From Myxococcota bacterium (GTDB taxonomy: Bacteria > Myxococcota_A > Polyangia > Nannocystales > Nannocystaceae), in the NCBI GenBank assembly GCA_039028615.1, contig JBCCHT010000088.1:1-12096 (forward strand): 12,096 nt of DNA, given 5' to 3'. The position numbers and the translations under genes are program-made. Positions within the stretch are counted from its first letter, which is position 1. Every line of letters begins with the position of its first letter. Shown piece after piece: positions 7,893 to 12,096 of this stretch. The notes beneath the pieces are model-generated. The model was not told the DNA's origin. It saw only the letters and a program-made list of their open reading frames with translations, and made no database searches.

Positions 7893-8273
7893 ATGCCGCA
7901 AGAACAAGAAGTCGAGATCCTCGCCAAGATCGAGGGCAACAACGTGGTGTTCGATTCTGGACACGAGCAGCTTCGTCGCAACAGCGACGGCACCTGGACC
8001 TTCACCATTCTGGAGGGGACGCCCGCGCAAGTGGTGTTCCGGCTGGTTCCAACCGATGACGGTGGCTGCCAGCGAGTCGTGCAGTCCGCCGTTCGGGTGG
8101 ATGACAATACGTGGGGATCCTGGATTCCCTGGCCGAGCGACAAGCACCGCTCCCCGCCGTTCGAGCACGGCAAGGACTTTCGATTCGATGTCGCTCTATG
8201 CGACGGAACGCAGGATCCCCCTCGTGGAGGTGGGTTCTTCCAGGTTCGAGACGAAGGTGGAGGCGGAGATTGA
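7893..8273 (+). CDS. Hypothetical 126-aa acidic, beta-rich protein
   Basis: 3' part of ORF 7296..8273 from ATG 7893 (MPQEQEVEILAKIEG...), 35 bp after the kinase stop. Fills the gap between genes, has protein-like composition, and its stop overlaps the next start (TTGA). Confidence 0.8.
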   Translation: MPQEQEVEILAKIEGNNVVFDSGHEQLRRNSDGTWTFTILEGTPAQVVFRLVPTDDGGCQRVVQSAVRVDDNTWGSWIPWPSDKHRSPPFEHGKDFRFDVALCDGTQDPPRGGGFFQVRDEGGGGD

Positions 8274-10036
8274 CTCCGCGTCCCCCCGGGACTTCGCGAG
8301 CGCTGCTTCTGGGGGCACCGCTTGGCCAGCTCGGCGAGGTGCGAGAGAGTGTCAAACTCTTCGCCGAGCTGCTCGCGGAGCGGGGTTTCATCGTGACGGC
8401 GATCGTCGGCGACTCGGTAACCCACGCGACCGCGACCGCAGCGATGGGGAAGCTCCGTGACGATGCCCAGCCCGGGGATGCGATCGCCCTGTACTTCGCG
8501 GGGCATGGCTCGTTGTTTTGGGAAGAGGGCAACCCGGCGGAGGTGTATCCGGCATTGCTACCCATGGATGCTTACGAGTCGACAGCAGAGGATCTCCGCG
8601 TCATCGTTGGCATAGAACTCGAACGCTGGTTGGACGACGTGGTGCGGCGAGTCGCGGTGGACGGCAAGGCCAACGTCACCGTCGTGTTGGAGTGTTGCCA
8701 CTCCGCAGGGCTCGTCAGCGGCCGGGGGGTGGCCTCGGATGAACTCGAGCGCGTGCGAACGTTCGTAGGTCGAGTGCTGCAGGAGAAACAGACACGGCGG
8801 CGTCAGCGGAGGGACAGCGAAGGAGTTGGCTCTCAAGTTGTCCGGGTCGTCGCCGCGGGGACCTTCTCCCGTGCGTATGGTAGCGGGCCGCGAACAGTCG
8901 GCGGAGCCACGCGGGCAGTGATCGACTTGTTACGCAGGTTTCCGACCGAGCCGTGGCAGGCGTTGGAGTACCGCCTTCGAGCCAAGGTCCATCAGACCCA
9001 GCCTCACCAGTGGCCCGGGATCGAAGGTCCCCGAAAACGGCTTCCCTTCACGGTTGAAGAGCGCCCGTTGCCTGAGGGCGTTCTGCCGTGTGTCACGAGG
9101 GCAGGTGGTGGATGGACGTGTTTGCAGGGGGTGATGCTGGGCATCAACCCCGGGGGGCTCTACTGGATGACCCGTGATTTCGTGGCCTCGAACGGCACGC
9201 TGGCGCGGGTGAATGCCGACCGGATGTCGTTGACCCCGCTAGATGGCGAGAATGGTGCTCCGGGAAGGCTCGAGTGGGCGTTGCCGATGGCTCTGGCTAG
9301 CGGAGTCAGGGTTGCCGTTCGAGAGGAAGGAGCGAAACTCTCTTCGTCGATTCGGCAGAGGCTGGTCGATGTTGGCGTCCGGCTCGTGGGGCCGGAGCTG
9401 GCGCACCGCTCTTCTGGGCCGCTCATTCGGCTCGAAGTTCGGGCACGCTCATTCACGGTCATCGACTCCTGGGGGCAAACCGTTGGCCGGTGGACCGAAG
9501 AGCCAGAGTTGGAGGGGTTGTTGGCTTGCCTCGGTCGACTCGCTGAGATTGAGAGGTGGTTGTCAGTGAGCGACATGCCTTCGACACTCGCCGGGGAGTT
9601 CGAGTTACGGTGCCACGTTACAAGGGGGAACAATGGAGTCCGAGGGCAGAAGGAAGTTCTGACGCCTGGCTCCTTGCTGCACCAAGGGGATGAACTCTTC
9701 GTCGAGTTGCACAAAGTCGGATTCGAGCCCCGGCTTTTTCTCTCTGTGTTTCGTGTGACGGGGTCGCGCGAGATCGTGCACCTCACTGCGACCGAAGCAG
9801 GGGGGATACCATGCACGGGCGACTCCCCCGCGATGCTGCTGCCCGGAGAGAATGGGGTTCCTTTGCTCGGGCGCGATGAATTTGGCTCGGGAGAAGTCCA
9901 CGAAGCCTTGGTTGCGGTTGTAACGATACGGCCGTTCTCCATGCACTTGATGGAACGAGGGCCCGTCCGTCGGCGCCCCGGTGAGAGTCGCCCTGCTGTG
10001 GCCATGGTGGTTGTTCGATATCGACTGTCTGAATGA
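8270..10036 (+). CDS. Peptidase C14 caspase-family (meta/orthocaspase-like) protein (~588 aa) with a C-terminal DUF4384-like beta domain
   Basis: RALLLG first strand, DAQPGDAIALYFAGHGS (catalytic His), NVTVVLECCHSAG (catalytic Cys), QWPGIEG. Probable TTG start at 8270 with GGAGG at 8259-8263. C-terminal LHQGDELFVEL...LFLSVFRV...EALVAVVTIRP resembles DUF4384 by eye. Confidence 0.88.
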   Translation: MTPRPPGTSRALLLGAPLGQLGEVRESVKLFAELLAERGFIVTAIVGDSVTHATATAAMGKLRDDAQPGDAIALYFAGHGSLFWEEGNPAEVYPALLPMDAYESTAEDLRVIVGIELERWLDDVVRRVAVDGKANVTVVLECCHSAGLVSGRGVASDELERVRTFVGRVLQEKQTRRRQRRDSEGVGSQVVRVVAAGTFSRAYGSGPRTVGGATRAVIDLLRRFPTEPWQALEYRLRAKVHQTQPHQWPGIEGPRKRLPFTVEERPLPEGVLPCVTRAGGGWTCLQGVMLGINPGGLYWMTRDFVASNGTLARVNADRMSLTPLDGENGAPGRLEWALPMALASGVRVAVREEGAKLSSSIRQRLVDVGVRLVGPELAHRSSGPLIRLEVRARSFTVIDSWGQTVGRWTEEPELEGLLACLGRLAEIERWLSVSDMPSTLAGEFELRCHVTRGNNGVRGQKEVLTPGSLLHQGDELFVELHKVGFEPRLFLSVFRVTGSREIVHLTATEAGGIPCTGDSPAMLLPGENGVPLLGRDEFGSGEVHEALVAVVTIRPFSMHLMERGPVRRRPGESRPAVAMVVVRYRLSE

Positions 10037-10049
10037 GGGAGGAGACGAG

Positions 10050-12096
10050 ATGGAGATCGAGATTGAAGGGACAGAAGCGGCGAAGGTCGCTCGGGAGCTT
10101 GCGGTGTTGTTGCGGTCGGAGCTGGGCGTCGACGCGATGCTGGCGGATACGCGAGAAGGGGCCGCGACAGTACGGTTGTCGGTGCCCCAGCTCGCCGAGG
10201 TTGGCCGAGGGGCTCGTTCATCGTTTCAAGCGGGCTGGCCTGCGGTTCAGCGGTGGGCCCACGATGCTCTCGAGTCGCGGCACACGCTGAGCATACACGG
10301 TAGCTGGCTCGTGCATCGCCCGTTGCATGAGGTCGATGCCCACAGCCTGCTCAACGCCGCGGTCGAGCTCGACGACGGCGATGCCCTGCACCTCGTGCGG
10401 GTCGAATACCGAGAGGGGGCGCTGTGCATCGACGACGGCACGAATGCACCCATACGTCGCCCATGGGCGGAGGCCGACGGCTCGGCTCTGACCGAGCTGG
10501 CTCGAGAGTACGCGCAGGCCGTCAAGCTCAACGCAGACCTCCAGACCTTCGAGGAACTCGGCCGCCGCCTCACGGCCTGGCTCGATGGCGAGTCCTCCTG
10601 GTGGTCGACGCTCCTGCGCAAGACTCCGACGGCACTCGGCCTCGAAGTCGTCCTACCCGAAGCCACGGACGACACAGCTCAGGCCCTCCACCAAGCCCCC
10701 TGGGAGATCCTTGCCGGCCCCATGGGCTGCGCAGCCCTCGACCCCCGCATTCGCCTGAGCGTATGGCGGCGCCTGGGTCCTCCCACGCCTTCGCCCCCAC
10801 CTCGAGAGGCGCTGTCGGTGCTGTTCATGGCAGCGGCGCCCGAAGGCAGCACGGCGTTGGACTACGAACAGGAAGAAACCGCCGTCCTCTCGGCGACCGA
10901 AGGCCTCCCCCTCGAGCTCTTCGTTGAAGAGACGGGCACCGCGATGGAACTCGGCGTTCGTCTCGGCCAGCTCGGCACCCAAGCGCCGGTGCGAGTCGTC
11001 CATCTATCGTGTCACGGCACCATCGTTCACGATAAAGACGAGCCGCCTCGCCCTGTGCTCACCCTCGAAGACGAGGTGGGGGGCGAGCACTTGGTCGATG
11101 CCGAGATGCTGCTCGAACACACCGGCCCCGCGATCAAGAACCTCGGTCTACTGTTCCTGTCGGCATGTCTAACCGCGCAGGGGGATGAGGTCGACAGCCT
11201 CACCCATGCCCTAGTCGACGAAGGGATCCCCGCCGCTCTGGGCTGGGCCGGCTCCGTCTACGATGGCGAGGCCTCAGCGTTCACAGCGGCGCTGTATACC
11301 CGGCTCGCAGGTGGCTATGCCCTGCCCCGTGCAGTGGCCGTCGCTCGCCGTGTCCTCATCCAGCAGTGGCAACGAAGTGGAGGCCACAGTCATCACTGGC
11401 ACCTCGCACGCTTGCTGCTCGGGTCTTCGAGCGGCGCCCCCCTGGCGGCCCTCGGCGCAACCCCTCGCCCTCGCCCCGTGCCTCCGGCTCAGTTCCTCGA
11501 TGCCGGACGCCAGGTGCCGATCGCTGGACCTGAGCAATTCGTGGGCCGTCGACGCCCGCTCCAGACGGTGGTCCGCACCCTCCGGGAGGGTTCCTCCTGC
11601 GGCGTGCTGCTGCATGGCGTGGGGCGCCAAGGAAAATCGAGCCTCGCCGCCCGGGTGGTGCAACGCATGCGTACGCATACGCCCGTGGTGATGCACAGCA
11701 CGTGGACCGCTGCGCAGCTGCTCGATGCGCTCGCCAGTACCATGCCCGAGCGGGTGACGGTCCCCGACTGCCCCGATGCTGACGGGTTGGAAGCGGCGTT
11801 GAGGAGCATCCTCGACCCCGAGGATGGGCCCCCGCTGCTGCTGGTGCTCGACGACCTCGAGCAGTTGCTCGAGCCGAGCGCTGGCGGTGCGCACCGCGTT
11901 CGCGCGCCGTACCACGATGGACTGAGGGCCGTGCTGAGGGCGTTTCGGTTTGCAAACCGAACGAAGTCAGGGCTTCTGATGACGTCGCGATACCGGTTCG
12001 TGCTCGACGACGAAGGCGGAGAGCCACTGCACGAGTCGTTGCTCGCGTTGGGGTTGCCGAGCATGGCCTCTCACGAGGTGACGAAACAGGCCCGCG
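10050..12096 (+). CDS. CHAT protease-STAND NTPase protein, copy B; 3' end runs off the window
   Basis: ATG at 10050 after GGGAGGAG, 13 bp after the caspase stop. Hand translation is open to the edge (682 codons): MEIEIEGTEAAKVAREL...QAPWEIL...VVHLSCHG (His 11013-11015)...LFLSACLT (Cys 11166-11168)...FVGRR...GVGRQGKS (11616-11639)...LLLVLDDLE...LLMTSRY. Confidence 0.92.
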   Translation, partial: MEIEIEGTEAAKVARELAVLLRSELGVDAMLADTREGAATVRLSVPQLAEVGRGARSSFQAGWPAVQRWAHDALESRHTLSIHGSWLVHRPLHEVDAHSLLNAAVELDDGDALHLVRVEYREGALCIDDGTNAPIRRPWAEADGSALTELAREYAQAVKLNADLQTFEELGRRLTAWLDGESSWWSTLLRKTPTALGLEVVLPEATDDTAQALHQAPWEILAGPMGCAALDPRIRLSVWRRLGPPTPSPPPREALSVLFMAAAPEGSTALDYEQEETAVLSATEGLPLELFVEETGTAMELGVRLGQLGTQAPVRVVHLSCHGTIVHDKDEPPRPVLTLEDEVGGEHLVDAEMLLEHTGPAIKNLGLLFLSACLTAQGDEVDSLTHALVDEGIPAALGWAGSVYDGEASAFTAALYTRLAGGYALPRAVAVARRVLIQQWQRSGGHSHHWHLARLLLGSSSGAPLAALGATPRPRPVPPAQFLDAGRQVPIAGPEQFVGRRRPLQTVVRTLREGSSCGVLLHGVGRQGKSSLAARVVQRMRTHTPVVMHSTWTAAQLLDALASTMPERVTVPDCPDADGLEAALRSILDPEDGPPLLLVLDDLEQLLEPSAGGAHRVRAPYHDGLRAVLRAFRFANRTKSGLLMTSRYRFVLDDEGGEPLHESLLALGLPSMASHEVTKQAR
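10050..12096. repeat. Right arm of 2047-bp imperfect inverted repeat (pairs with 1-2047)
   Basis: Direct comparison with the reverse complement of 1-2047. The ORF track also shows mirrored shadow ORFs (33..704+ versus 11489..12064-). Confidence 0.97.

Noticed and set aside
1..12096. Composite transposon or IS-flanked element suggested by the long terminal inverted repeats
   Set aside because: The arms encode CHAT-STAND proteins; no transposase, integrase, short TIR or target duplication is visible.
1..12096. Type III-E CRISPR (Craspase) or gasdermin locus, prompted by CHAT plus sigma factor
   Set aside because: No repeat-spacer array, Cas gene or gasdermin-like ORF is recognisable in the window; the comparison is an analogy only.

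Overview
GC-rich bacterial window; the ECF sigma plus Ser/Thr kinase-TPR pair suggests Myxococcota (inference only). Two operons diverge from a ~130-bp intergenic region at 4033-4163. Leftward (-): a CHAT protease (4032-2089), then a CHAT protease-STAND NTPase gene running off the left edge (2047-1). Rightward (+): ECF sigma factor, Ser/Thr kinase-TM-TPR, a 126-aa beta-rich protein, a peptidase C14 (caspase-like) protein, then a second CHAT-STAND paralogue running off the right edge (10050-12096). The two CHAT-STAND genes are absent from the ORF track because they have no stop codon in the window. They form a colinear 2047-bp inverted repeat (roughly 85-90% identical by eye, outermost 141 bp identical) around the 8-kb core. 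The window therefore holds four caspase-superfamily proteases with intact His-Cys dyads, two NLR-like NTPases and a kinase-sigma pair. It is a candidate protease-cascade defence, cell-death or signalling system that may also be invertible. No mobile-element genes, RNA genes or CRISPR array were seen.
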